A stretch of DNA of 64,000 bases from Eledone cirrhosa (lineage: Eukaryota): assembly GCA_964016885.1 (NCBI GenBank), contig OZ024740.1, forward strand, positions 229,958,001-230,022,000. The letters are read 5' to 3'. Made by a program: the position numbers and the translations under genes. Below the pieces are notes generated by a model, which searched no databases, was not told where the DNA came from, and worked only from the letters and a program-made list of their open reading frames with translations. Below, piece by piece: positions 32,651-46,344 of this stretch (the first letter of the stretch is position 1; every line of letters begins with the position of its first letter).

Positions 32651-32849
32651 AAATATAGAGAAAAATACTGCAGGTAGCACATGGATAACATGTAATAAAA
32701 TGAGTATATATATATATATATACACATACGTGTATATATATATATATATATATACATATATGTATATATATATAGATAGATATGTATAATATATACACAT
32801 GTGTGTGTGAGTGAATGTGTGTGTGTCTATCTATACGTACATACATACA

Positions 32850-32882
<33 letters not shown>

Positions 32883-33318
32883 TCTCTTCTGGCTTTCATT
32901 TTTATTTAGTTATTCATAAGTGGATGATATCATGGAAAAATATATAGAAATCTGGCTAAAATCTCATATAACAAGCTAATGCAGAGCTTATACTGTAAAA
33001 GTCGCCATATTTAGTGTCATACAGATACAATGGCGACTGAAGCCTTTATATCTAATTTATTTATTTACGCCTTATGTCGCTGCTGCTAAAATATTGATGT
33101 AGGCGCGCAATGGTTGATCGGGTACATATGTTGCAGATGCTGCATATGCTGCAGATGTTACAACTGAGGGGGTTAAGTGGAGAGGATGGAAAGGTTTAGT
33201 TCAAGCAAGCGAAATACATGAAGATATTTAATGTCTTATAAAATGACATCTACTTCTCTATATACGTTTGACCTTATTTATGTTTTAGTTATTTAATCGG
33301 AGGTTAAAGATCACTTAA

Positions 33319-33567
33319 CCCTTTTGATACCAAAACCTGGTTCTATGATACAAAACTGTTTATTCGAAAGTGTTTATATTTATTTAAATGTCTTCCATCA
33401 TAATTTGATGTAAGAACCTTTGTTAAGTTCTGTTCTAAACATCAGCTTAACAAAAGTTTTACTAAATACTAAAAGTATTACTAAATCTCTCCAAATTCTT
33501 GATTAATTTATAAATTATTTGAAAATCATAGGCTGTGTCTTTTATTAGAAATATGGTAATGAAATGG
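33319..33567. mobile_element. Possible piggyBac-like MITE
   Basis: TTAA|cccttttgatacc ... ggtaatgaaatgg|TTAA; imperfect 13-bp TIRs. Confidence 0.45.
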
Positions 33568-34061
33568 TTAAGTGGAAAAAATCGGACATTTTTTTTTATG
33601 AGATGGTAGTTGCTGTAGTCAGAGAGTCGAATTAAATGTCTCGGTAATTATTCCAGTTCGTTACATGCTAATGTCAACTTTGCTTTTTATCCTTTCGGAA
33701 TGGATAAATAAATAAGATTCCAATCTAGGATGGATTGGTGGAATTATCAAAGAGTTTGACGGGATACTCGGCGTTATTTGATCTGACCTTGTGTCTTCTA
33801 AGTTCAAATTCCCCTCTTTCTGCTAAGATTTGCGGTCCATGGATAATGTCAGCAATGTAAAGACCAATGTAAACATCGGATCTTTTCCTTTTTAGTTACA
33901 GAAGGAAAGGAGAATGTCAACGATCCTTTATTTTTTCAAAGCCTCAAGAGTGGTGGAAGAGGAGGGGGAAGGGAGGTAAAAAAGGAGATTATTCTCAGAC
34001 TGGAAGATTTGTACAAGAGTGAACTTCGTCAAAGCACACAAGGGCCAGATGACCTAAGTGC

Positions 34062-34420
<359 letters not shown>

Positions 34421-35003
34421 ATCTAGCTCTCTTGCTCACACTCTCCATATATATATATATAAATATATATAGTTCAAAATGACAAACAAACAAACGCAGG
34501 AATCAATGGTACATTTATATATATATGTGTGTGTGTATGTGTGTGTGTGCGCGCGCACGTGTGCGTATGTATGTGCGTTTGTTTGTATATGTGTGTGTTT
34601 GTGTGTGTTAGATTATATTTGTAGTGTTTATAGAATTCTATGAACAAAATCATATTCCCAAATCTTTGTATATAATTTTAGTGTTGTATTTTGTTATTCT
34701 TGGCTTTGTTTTTAGCCAGGGACCATATCTTGAGTAGTTATTCAGGCAATAGTAAGTATACCATCAAGAGTAGACAACTCTGTGTGTTTGATATTGTGTT
34801 TTTAATGGCTATACGTCACAATAAACAATATGCCGTTACTAACGTTACAAAACATTCTGTAATAGCTGTCTGATAAAAAAAAAACCGCACTCAAGTAAAT
34901 AAATATTGATTACCAAATAGTAAACTTTATAAACATTTTAAATCTGAGCAGAACATTCATTAATATCATATAGAATTTAAATTTGATGTAAATCCTCGCA
35001 AAA

Positions 35004-35852
35004 ATGAATAGCAGAATGAAGAAAGATGTAGAAAAATCTTTCACTAACCGAAGCTGTGAGACTGATGTAACAAGAAAATTGCTTTATAACAGTAACTCGT
35101 ATTTCTGTCGTATATGTCTCGAAGTTGGCAAATGTAACAAAAAATTCGTGTCTCCTTGTTATTGCATCGGTTCCGTTGGACAAGTCCATGTAAGATGTTT
35201 GGAACGTTGGCTCGTCTATTCCAATAATCAAAAGTGTGAATTGTGTGGTTTTAAATATATACTTCAGCAACGTTCTGTATCACTTGTGGAATTTATTAGA
35301 AATCCTGGAACATCTGAAGAAAAACAACAATTTAAATGCGATGTATGGTTGATTGTAACACTGTTGTTATTTGCCACACTGTGCCTTTGGAGATTCCTAT
35401 CAAAAGCCAATCAAAGCATTTTAACATTAAATAGTTGTACAATTTGTTTGTTTTTTTTTAGCCTTATAGGTATTATTCGTCGTTTTTGCCGAATTCTAAC
35501 GTTATGGAAACGTAGAAAACGGCAAATTAAAATTACTAGTTTAACAAAAAATAAAAGTATTAATCTTAGAACAAACTCGAAGAAAACTAACCATGAAATT
35601 ATCAATGATTTTCGATCGGAAAATATCGATGATATAAAGAAATTTTCGTTAAAGGGAAATTTAAAGAACGAAAACAAACGACCATACGCATTAAGAAGTC
35701 AAAGCTTTACAAGCAACAATGGAAATTCAATTGAAGTATCAAAATCTACTGAAAGGCTGCTTTCGAATAATCCAGATTTTACCATTTGCACAAGAAGCTC
35801 TCAAAGACTCAAAAGCAATGGGGCTTATCATTCAAATAAATATACAGCATAA
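35004..35852 (+). CDS. Membrane-associated RING-CH (MARCH2/3-like) E3 ubiquitin ligase, single exon
   Basis: Intact 282-aa ORF; CRIC..PCYC.G....H..CL.RW....CELC (C4HC3), then two hydrophobic segments and a basic tail. Confidence 0.88.
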   Translation: MNSRMKKDVEKSFTNRSCETDVTRKLLYNSNSYFCRICLEVGKCNKKFVSPCYCIGSVGQVHVRCLERWLVYSNNQKCELCGFKYILQQRSVSLVEFIRNPGTSEEKQQFKCDVWLIVTLLLFATLCLWRFLSKANQSILTLNSCTICLFFFSLIGIIRRFCRILTLWKRRKRQIKITSLTKNKSINLRTNSKKTNHEIINDFRSENIDDIKKFSLKGNLKNENKRPYALRSQSFTSNNGNSIEVSKSTERLLSNNPDFTICTRSSQRLKSNGAYHSNKYTA

Positions 35853-35963
35853 CAAATATTCAAGAAAGTAGAAGAAATATAACATTGAGAATATCGGTAA
35901 GATAGCTGTTTTAAAAGAAACTAAAGCAAAAGCTAGGAATCGTGTTTGTAAATAATAATAGTA

Positions 35964-36017
<54 letters not shown>

Positions 36018-36539
36018 GTAATGATAATGATATAATAATAATATTAATAATATAAGAATATTGATATTGACTATGAAGTTGATAATTGCCATGACTATGA
36101 TGTTGATAATAAAAAATATTTTTATGCATTTTCTATGTAACATTTGTCCCTTATAGAAGCCGTGTAAGCGTAAATGAAAGTATTCACCCATATTAGTGGT
36201 CGTGGGATATATGGTGGGGAAATGTAGGTTCTATTTGTAATAAAGTAGAGACCATGTACGTATGTGAATGTTTTCCTTCCCATGCTTTCTCTCCAGATCT
36301 CTATGTATCATATATTGTATTAAGTAGTAGAAGCATAATTCTTTCAGGACCAGGCAGGTAGCCATTTAGCTTAGTTAACGTTGATATTGGTGATATTTAG
36401 ATGATATTCAGTTTGAATTTTTGCAAGTCTGAAGCAAGTGAATGGATAGGAAATATGACGAAAGAGAGGTGTAGGATGTAGTATTCTTTAGCCGCCCAAA
36501 TCAAACCTAACAGAGCAGAACAAAGAGAAATGATGTTCC

Positions 36540-36642
36540 TGCCGAGGTTAACTTTGCCTTTCATCCTTACGGGGTCGATAAAATAAAGTACCAGTAATGT
36601 ACTGTGATAATTGGTGGCCTTGTGCCAAAAGTAGACACCATT
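36540..36642 (+). mobile_element. Nin-domain SINE, 3' half
   Basis: Matches the SINE core. Confidence 0.8.
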
Positions 36643-36765
36643 ATCTAATGTCTTGTTACTCTGGAGCTTCGCCTGTGTGAGATAAGCAGGCAAAACTCTA
36701 GAGTAACAAGACTCACTATCTAGCCTTAATAAAATGCATATATATGCATGTTTGTGTGTCTATAA

Positions 36766-36861
<96 letters not shown>

Positions 36862-36951
36862 AGTTTATGTTGGTTGTATACCAACACCTCAGTATGCAGG
36901 CTGGAGCACTCGACGAAGTGCGCAGGTTGGTTTGGTTACTCCGGAGTAGTG

Positions 36952-37391
36952 TAAAATAAAGTTAAATAAAAGTCAAATGATTAAAATTTAGCTTCGTTTA
37001 TTACTGCTATATATATTTCAGTGACAGCCATCTTTGGCTGTGACCTCTTCAGGCAGTTTGAATTAGTATGGTATAGACAAGTACATATGTTGTTTAGGTG
37101 TATAATATTGTCAATACTCTGATATGCCCAGTTCCTTGTTTGGTTGTTAATTCACTGAGGAACTGGAGTCATATGATATGACTCCAGTTCCTCAGTGAAT
37201 TAACAACCAAACAAGGAACTGGGCATATCAGAGTATTGACAATATTATACACCTAAACAACATATGTACTTGTCTATACCATACTAATTCAAACTGCCTG
37301 AAGAGGTCACAGCCAAAGATGGCTGTCACTGAAATATATATAGCAGTAATAAACGAAGCTAAATTTTAATCAATTGGCTTTTATTTAACTT

Positions 37392-37398
<7 letters not shown>
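36952..37398. mobile_element. Fold-back element with ~220-bp arms, each with an HHR (37003-37057 minus, 37293-37347 plus)
   Basis: Centre 37175; actgc-CTGAAGA-ggtcacagcc..ggctgtcact-GAAA-tatata-TA-gcagt. Confidence 0.9.
37293..37347 (+). ncRNA. Type I hammerhead ribozyme
   Basis: Canonical core, three stems, followed by AATAAA. Confidence 0.88.
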
Positions 37399-37435
<37 letters not shown>

Positions 37436-37439
<4 letters not shown>

Positions 37440-37717
37440 CATAATTAAGTCAAATATGTAAAATTTGGGTTTGTTTATTATAAATTAAAAATTACTGGTA
37501 TATATATTTCGGTGACAGCCATCATTGGTTGTGACCTCTTCAGGCACTCCGAATTGGTGTGGAAAAGACAGGTACACATGTTGTTGAAGTGTGTTTTACT
37601 CCGTCAATACATCGATATGTCCAGCTCCTGGGTGTGTTGTTATTCCTCCGAGGAACTGGAATCGAGTGCTCCAATCTGCATACTGAGGTGTCGGTAAACA
37701 ACCAACATATACTCAAA

Positions 37718-37718
<1 letters not shown>
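37436..37718 (-). mobile_element. Diverged relative of the 37.2-kb element (HHR 37493-37548)
   Basis: CTGAAGA-ggtcacaacc..ggctgtcacc-GAAA; 37662-37714 mirrors 36861-36913. Confidence 0.8.
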
Positions 37719-38048
<330 letters not shown>

Positions 38049-39024
38049 TGATGGTAGCTAAGATGCTCCCATAGGCGGTATGCCTGTTGAGCACTCTATA
38101 TTATTCTATATATATATATATCAAGTTTAATATAGATATGGCTCCTACTAGTGTATTGAGTACCTTACTTACTGTGGTTACCACCCGATTGAAGCTGGGA
38201 TTCACACATATGTGTGCGTGTGTGTGTATACATGGCTCACTGGTTAGACATTAGATGCGTTACGTCCTTGAGCAAGACACTTTATTTCATGTTTCTCTTT
38301 CTGCCGGGAGTTGCGACTGATTGATAGTATCAGCATTTGGTAAAACTAAAAGAAACATAGTTTCCTTGGTTCGATCTGGCGAGTTCCACTGCACTCGATA
38401 TGTGAATGAGGTCTGGGTTCTTATCGATTCGGATCTAAATCTAAACACAAACATATTTATATATATGTGTGTGTGTGTGTGCGTGTGTGTGTGTGTATGT
38501 CTGTGTGTGTCTCTGTGTGTGTGTGTGTGTGTGTGTGCGTGTGCCTATGTATATCTCTGTGTGTGTATGTGTGTGTATGTGTGTGTATGTGTGCATGTGT
38601 GTGCGAGTGCCTTTGTATATGTCTGTGTGTGCGTGTTTATGAGTTAATGTCCATGGCTATGTTGATATTTACATTGATCTAAAAACTGTTTATGTTTAGT
38701 CTGATCATCTTCCATACCGTAGCAGTTTGCCTAATAGAGATCGATAAATGAAGTAATAGATAGAAATGAGAACTGAGGTCGATATGATTGATTAAGCCTT
38801 TGAGAGCAGTGCTCCAACACGACCTCAGTTCGATAACCGATGATGATGATGTCGATGCTACATACATACATTCATTTATACATACATTTATACATACATA
38901 CATTCATTCATACATACATTTATACATACATACATTCATACATACGTACGTACGTACGCACTTACTCACGCGCCGACATATATACACGTACGCACGCACA
39001 CACACACACATATATATAGAATAC

Positions 39025-39059
<35 letters not shown>

Positions 39060-39120
39060 CATATAGACATATATATACATCATATATATACATACACACA
39101 CACACATATAGTATTTAGAA

Positions 39121-39158
<38 letters not shown>

Positions 39159-39173
39159 AATTATAAATATTAA

Positions 39174-39238
<65 letters not shown>

Positions 39239-39250
39239 ATATTTATAATT

Positions 39251-39282
<32 letters not shown>

Positions 39283-39301
39283 TTATTTTATATTTATAAT
39301 T

Positions 39302-39356
<55 letters not shown>

Positions 39357-39366
39357 GAATATATAT

Positions 39367-39727
39367 ATATTGAAAAGATAACAATGATGATTGGATACTC
39401 CTTCATTACATCTATTGGTTGGTGACGCGCGTTTCGTCACTGATCAGCTCAAGGTTCGATCTTAGTAGAAAATGAATACCAATTTCTACTAGAATTTTAA
39501 GGGGTCCGTCGAGCTGCGGATTACAGAGTCGGGTAAGATCGATACAGATCGAACCTTGAGCTGATCAGTGGCGAAACGCGCGTCACCAACCAATAAATAT
39601 AATGAAGGAGTAACCAATCGTCCTTGTTATCTTTTCAATATAATACACTCTGTATAGCTCTACGCCCCGACACTGAAGTGAACCTAAACATCACCCGGGT
39701 GAACCTACAGTAACTCCAAGTTGCACT

Positions 39728-39732
<5 letters not shown>
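39367..39732. mobile_element. Fold-back element with HHR 3' half (GAAA-cgcgcg-TC)
   Basis: Arms 39367-39461 and 39547-39640 with several mismatches. Confidence 0.8.
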
Positions 39733-39763
<31 letters not shown>

Positions 39764-39771
<8 letters not shown>

Positions 39772-40862
39772 AAAGTTTGTCCTTCATCAGTGATCTTCCA
39801 ACTATCATAGGCATTTCATCGCTTTAAAGACCATATACCTCCGGTTGGTGCGAGCAACGGCTAAAAAAAGTCGTTGGGACACGTAAATAAAGGGGACACG
39901 AGGGTAAACAAACAAAATGGTGAAGCAACAGAAAGTGAGGAAGAAGGAGACAAGTCACAGATTTCTATGAATTTAAGTTCGGTGAAATCGTGAACGAGAG
40001 AATAAAGACCATCAAACCTGGTTGAAATGTGAGCAAGGAAGGAATTTCGCACAGGTCTAACGGGAGGAAGAAGGGGTCTGGTCTGCGAATTCGGTAAACA
40101 TAAGTTCTGTGAAATCGTAGACGAGAGAGAAAAAATTCCGACCAGCTTGGCCGAGAATGTGAGAGAAAAGAATTATTCACAGGTCAAACGGGTGAAGGAC
40201 AAACTTTTTTCATATGTAACCCATTTGCAACTCCGCAGCGCCCTTATTATCATATTTACACATATTTTTTCCTCTGCTGCTACACCGTCTTTTTCGTTCT
40301 ATGTATCTTTACCCTTTCTAGCAGTCTCTCTCTCTGTTAGCCTCTTCCTCACCCTTCACTCACTCATTCTCTGTCACTACCTCTCCTCCTCCTCTTTCTT
40401 CCCGTTTGACCTGTGAGTAATTCTTTTCTCTCACATTCTCGGCCAAGCTGGTCGGAATTTTTTCTCTCTCGTCTACGATTTCACAGAAGTTATGTTTACC
40501 GAATTCGCAGACCAGACCCCTTCTTCCTCCCGTTAGACCTGTGCGAAATTCCTTCCTTGCTCACATTTCAACCAGGTTTGATGGTCTTTATTCTCTCGTT
40601 CACGATTTCACCGAACTTAAATTCAGAGAAATCTGGGACTTGTCTCCTTCTTCCTCACTTTCTGTTGCTTCACCATTTTGTTTGTTTACCCTCGTGTCCC
40701 CTTTATTTACGTGTCCCAACGACTCTTTTTAGCCGTTGCTCGCACCAACCGGAGGTATATGGTCTTTAAAGCGATGAAATGCCTATGATAGTTGGAAGAT
40801 CACTGATGAAGGACAAACTTTTTTCATATGTAACCCATTTGCAACTCCGCAGCGCCCTTATT

Positions 40863-40868
<6 letters not shown>
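39764..40868 (+). mobile_element. Non-coding element with PLE-like architecture: inverted partial copy + 614-bp unit + direct terminal repeat
   Basis: 39764-40191 mirrors 40381-40828; 40194-40254 repeats at 40808-40868; (TA)n flanks. Confidence 0.85.
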
Positions 40869-40919
<51 letters not shown>

Positions 40920-40922
<3 letters not shown>

Positions 40923-41127
40923 TATTAGGCTGCTCAGCCGTTAATATGCATAAGGAAAGTATATACTTTCAAACGTTTAATCGACTGACAGGAAGCTAAT
41001 AAGCTAGAAACTAGTTCATCGAACAAAAGGGCAACGATGATTGCCGAACACTCTACGGCTTAATTCGGGCTGTTTGTTTACAAACAGACCGAACATTATA
41101 ATAAACGTTCGGTAAACCCATACGTAC

Positions 41128-41130
<3 letters not shown>
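40920..41130 (+). mobile_element. Deleted family A fragment
   Basis: Homologous to family A; HHR 5' core deleted. Confidence 0.8.
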
Positions 41131-41168
<38 letters not shown>

Positions 41169-41249
41169 AGGTGAGTTTTATTGTAGTACAATAAAGCAAT
41201 GCAGATATCGGATAAGAAGCACTCTACAGTTTGTGGGACTGGAGTATGC

Positions 41250-41587
41250 ATAATATAAGATCAAAAGATGGTTAAAGGAGTTCAATATATTTTATTATGC
41301 GCATTTCAAAAACAAACATCATCAAACAATAATATTTGTGTTTTCATCAGATAAAACAGGAGAACATGATATGAAGGCTAAAAAAACACTTGTTGATAGT
41401 GCAGTTTTAAATCAACATATCAACATATGTTGATTTAAAACTGCACTATCAACAAGTGTTTTTTTAGCCTTCATATCATGTTCTCCTGTTTTATCTGATG
41501 AAAACACAAATATTATTGTTTGATGATGTTTGTTTTTGAAATGCGCATAATAAAATATATTGAACTCCTTTAACCATCTTTTGATCT

Positions 41588-41595
<8 letters not shown>
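41250..41595. mobile_element. Perfect fold-back with HHRs (41289-41357 minus, 41488-41556 plus)
   Basis: gttttat-CTGATGA-long stem II-GAAA-tgcgca-TA-ataaaat; layout resembles the PLE pLTR HHR at 804. Confidence 0.9.
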
Positions 41596-41649
<54 letters not shown>

Positions 41650-41654
<5 letters not shown>

Positions 41655-42140
41655 AACCAGAAAGACCCCGACAGCTGAGCTCAAGCCGTTTCGACGGCTA
41701 ATTCTGGACTAAATGAAAATTTATCCTGGTATTTAAATAGCCGATCTTCTCAAGGGGTAATTCCATATATGGTCAAAGTGATTGTCAAAAATCAGTAGTA
41801 ATTCTGTGGTTGCAAATTAGTAGGGGAGATGGTGGCTAAACCTGCCAGTAGGAGAAAGAGGGGAGGGGGTGGAGTAGACCCAATCAAGCGTTGGTAGTGC
41901 CAGCTACAGCTGGGCATGAGGTCAAAGAAGATACAGGGGAGGGGGAGGGGGAGGAAGTCGGAACCTTGTTCTACCTACCGTTCCGATAAATTTTCATTTA
42001 GTCCAGAATTAGCCGTCGAAACGGCTTGAGCTCAGCTGTCGGGGTCTTACTGGTTCCTATTACCCACTCTACTACCTCAAGTATTGAGTACTTTGGTGCG
42101 TTATGGTCCACCTGGTTCCTTACCACATTTCCTTCGTTAT
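41650..42140. mobile_element. Longest family B copy; contains the complete HHR
   Basis: Arms 41650-41725 and 41986-42061 with a ~260-bp spacer. Confidence 0.88.
41665..41758 (-). ncRNA. Variant hammerhead ribozyme (U3-A8), family B
   Basis: acccc-TTGAGAA-gatcggcta...tagccgtc-GAAA-cggct-tgagctc-agctg-TC-ggggt. Confidence 0.82.
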
Positions 42141-42257
42141 ATATATATATATATATATATGTATTTGAAATGTATGTATATATATATATATATATATATA
42201 TACCAAGATTGTGATTACATGCACATAGAATAATAATAATAATAATAATAATGATAA

Positions 42258-42359
42258 TAATTGTTTTTACTTTAGGCACAAGGCCAGCAAATACCCAGTG
42301 CATTACTGGTACTTTATTTTATCGACCCCGTAAGGATGAAAGGCAAAGTCAACCTCGGC
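42258..42359 (-). mobile_element. Nin-domain SINE, 3' half
   Basis: Reverse complement of the SINE. Confidence 0.8.
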
Positions 42360-42520
42360 AATAATGATTTCATTTATTAGCCACAAGGGCCGACATGTAG
42401 GGGACAATACAAAGACAGGGACAGTGGGGGTTTACAATAAGGTCGAGTAAAAGTGCACAATGGCAAGACTAATTTAACAATGAAAATATAAAAACATACC
42501 AAGTACACAGTTATAGATAT
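42360..42520 (-). mobile_element. L1/Tx1 3' end
   Basis: Nearly identical to 18622-18755. Confidence 0.8.
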
Positions 42521-42730
42521 TAAATGCACACATACGCATACATACACATATAAACCCATATATACATACATAGATACAAACATACAAACATACATACATA
42601 CATACATACATACATACATACATACATACATACATACATACATACATACATACATACATACATACATGATGGCTGCCGCCTCGTTAGCGAGTATGGCCAT
42701 TGCACGAAAAAAAGAAAACATAATAACGAC

Positions 42731-42764
<34 letters not shown>

Positions 42765-43316
42765 CTTTCTTTATTAACCACAAGGGTTTACATAAAGTAG
42801 ACATTAAGGACAGTGCAGGAATAATAAATAATAATAATAATAATAATAAACAATATAAAAATAATAAAAATATAAATAAAAAAAGAAAATTAATAAATAA
42901 TGTTTGGTATGTTTGTTTTGCCCAAACAATGGAACCACAAGCTTTTTAGAATTTGAAGAATGAATGGTTTCATCGTTGAACTGATGTCGCTAAAGTGTCT
43001 TTTGTTAAATAACACTTATAGAAGCTACTACCCCCACCACACCCCTCAACATCATTCAATTTCATCGAGGCATTTTGAAAGAAGGAGAAGATGAGAAAAC
43101 ACAAGTAAAAGTTAACATACAAAACAATAAATAAATAAATACACAAAAAACAAAAAACACAAAACAACGGAAATTATTATTTTCAGAGAAGAAATTATAA
43201 TTTCGTGTAAATATTAGCATTTCATATTCATTTTTATTTTTAGTTTACAAATTTTCATATTTTGCTTCCTTCATATTGTATGTATGTCTGTTTGCCTGTC
43301 TCTATTTATATATATA

Positions 43317-43399
<83 letters not shown>

Positions 43400-43420
43400 A
43401 TACATGCATGCTCGTATCGA

Positions 43421-43456
<36 letters not shown>

Positions 43457-43509
43457 ATCATATAATATACACATATATATATACACATATAATATATACA
43501 TATATATAT

Positions 43510-43588
<79 letters not shown>

Positions 43589-43592
<4 letters not shown>

Positions 43593-43773
43593 ATATAGAT
43601 GAGATTCTACAGGACTAGAACTGTTTCATTCATTAGAAATCATCAGGAATTGATTTCTAATGAATGAAACAGTTCTAGTCCTGTAGAATCTCATCTATAT
43701 TAAAACTTTTATACTCTGCTATGTATTGAGTACCTTACTTACTGTGGTTACCTCCGATTCAACCCGGAATAAC

Positions 43774-43775
<2 letters not shown>
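43589..43775. mobile_element. Short fold-back with an HHR core (43612-43650 minus)
   Basis: CTGATGA-t-ttc-taat-gaa-t-GAAA-cagt-TC; palindrome 43589-43704. Confidence 0.75.
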
Positions 43776-43828
<53 letters not shown>

Positions 43829-43902
43829 AGTATATGTATGTATGTATATATATATAAATTGCATATATATATAAACATATATATATATACACATATATAT
43901 AT

Positions 43903-44059
43903 ATAACGAAGGAGGTGTGGTAAGGAACCAGATGGACCATAACGCACCAGAGTACTCAATACTTAAGGTAGTAGAGTGGGTAATAGGAAAATATTTGACC
44001 CCGACGGCAGAGCCCAAGCCGTCGAAACGGCTTGAGCTCTGCCGTCGGGGTCAAACATT

Positions 44060-44062
<3 letters not shown>
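43903..44062. mobile_element. Family B fold-back copy
   Basis: Fold at gccgtcgaaacggc. Confidence 0.85.
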
Positions 44063-44094
<32 letters not shown>

Positions 44095-44198
44095 TAAAAT
44101 AACAGATTAAAGTTTAAGCAAAGAATCGCTGCTTTCACCCTTAACGGGATCTTCTGAAACTAACTAATTATTAATAATTATATATATATATATATATG

Positions 44199-44358
<160 letters not shown>

Positions 44359-44728
44359 TGTATATATATATATATACAATTTCGTGTGTGCACTTAATAC
44401 TCAGTCATATATGTACTGGAAACAAATTGAGATGCGTTTTCTATATTTACTCACACCAGCATACATTAGATATAGTCACATATAATACTATAGAAACATG
44501 TATATACTATTCATAAATTATACATCTACTGAAAGACACATTGCATATACACTAAAAGCATGGATTAAAACATTCATGCAAACACACATAAGACCTCTAC
44601 ACATACTTTGATCATAACAAGAGACAATATGAAAGTTAATATACATATACATACATATGTGCACATATATATTTATGTATATATCGATATCTACCCATAT
44701 AAATATATATACACACACACACACACAC

Positions 44729-44804
<76 letters not shown>

Positions 44805-44854
44805 TTATATGGGTAGATATCGATATATACATAAATATATATGTAGACGTATGT

Positions 44855-44897
<43 letters not shown>

Positions 44898-45012
44898 CTG
44901 CATATATATATATACATATATATATTTTAAAGGATTGTAAATAAAACGAGTAAATCAGACAAAGTTGGAATTCCTTTTATTAATATATTTATATATATAT
45001 ATATATATATAT

Positions 45013-45690
45013 ATACATTATGAAGAGAGAAGGAACATTTAGATATAATTAATAATAAAATGTATCATACCTAAACTGCTCCTAGATTCCTCGACTACGT
45101 AGTTTCGTGGCATAAACAAAAACAGTACATCATAAAGATATAGAGCCCTTGCGAGGTCTGCCGACTTATCAAGAGGATACCTCATTTTACTAGCTTCAAG
45201 AACGCGTCTACACGACGTGAGAAAGAATCCCAAAAGGCGGAGGGGGAGATAGTCTACGGCTTCGATATAAATACCCCCTCCGCCTCCGTGGTATTTTCTT
45301 CGGGGTTATAAGAGGCTTAGCTCTGCTTCTCGACCGTTATATCGCGTGACTATCTCCCCCTCCGCCTTTTGGGATTCTTTCTCACGTCGTGTAGACGCGT
45401 TCTTGAAGCTAGTAAAATGAGGTATCCTCTTGATAAGTCGGCAGACCTCGCAAGGGCTCTATATCTTTATGATGTACTGTTTTTGTTTATGCCACGAAAC
45501 TACGTAGTCGAGGAATCTAGGAGCAGTTTAGGTATGATACATTTTATTACTAATTATATCTAAATGTTCCTTATCTCTTCATAATGTATTTTTAACTCTG
45601 ATACTGGTTTAGTCTGGTTCAACCGGATTGGTCTGTCCCAGTCATTCATTGAGCAACATCGGTAAGGTTGGCAACATTAACTCACGGTTG
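45013..45690. mobile_element. Fold-back element, 242-bp arms, U3-A8 HHRs (45088-45177 minus, 45425-45514 plus)
   Basis: Arms 45013-45254 and 45348-45589. Confidence 0.9.
45425..45514 (+). ncRNA. Variant hammerhead ribozyme (U3-A8)
   Basis: tcctc-TTGATAA-gtcggca...tgccac-GAAA-ctacgtag-TC-gagga. Confidence 0.85.
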
Positions 45691-45766
45691 GGTGTGGATG
45701 CATTCATGTATATGTGTGTGTCCGCATGTATCTGTGTGTTTCTAAATATATTATATATATATATAT

Positions 45767-45945
45767 AATTGTTTCTACTTTTGGCACAAGGCCAGCAATA
45801 ACCCAGTACATTACTGATACTTTATTTTATCGACCCCATAAGGATGAAAGGAAAAGTTAACCTCGGGTGCATTTGAACTCAGAATGGCAAGGGCCGTAAC
45901 TCTATGCGTCAAAGCATGGCGCCCGAGCCTCTACCGATACTGCCA
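45767..45945 (-). mobile_element. Nin-domain SINE
   Basis: Reverse complement of the SINE. Confidence 0.88.
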
Positions 45946-45948
45946 AAA

Positions 45949-46344
45949 TAGAATTAAAATTTAGCTTCGAACATACCTGTATACAAATATGTATTTGAAT
46001 TTTGTGTTTCTATATAATTCGGTATGTTTATAAATAAACATTTACAAATCCGTAGCTATGCAAAAACAATGTCAACTACCGCCACCCAGCGGTGTCTAAC
46101 AGAAGCAAAGGAGACAATCGTCGATGCATTTCGAACAGAACTGGTGCTCGTTAGGACGATTTCTCCTGCTCTATCAACTGCTGGACTTTGAAAACAGGCG
46201 AGAATATAAGGTTTTCTCGTCTGTGTAAATGAGGTGATTAATTACATTTGCATATGAAGCTGTATAAGTTGGCTCAACTTATAATAGATTAGAATTAGAA
46301 TTTAGCTTCGAACATAGCTGTATACAGATATGTATTTGAATTTC

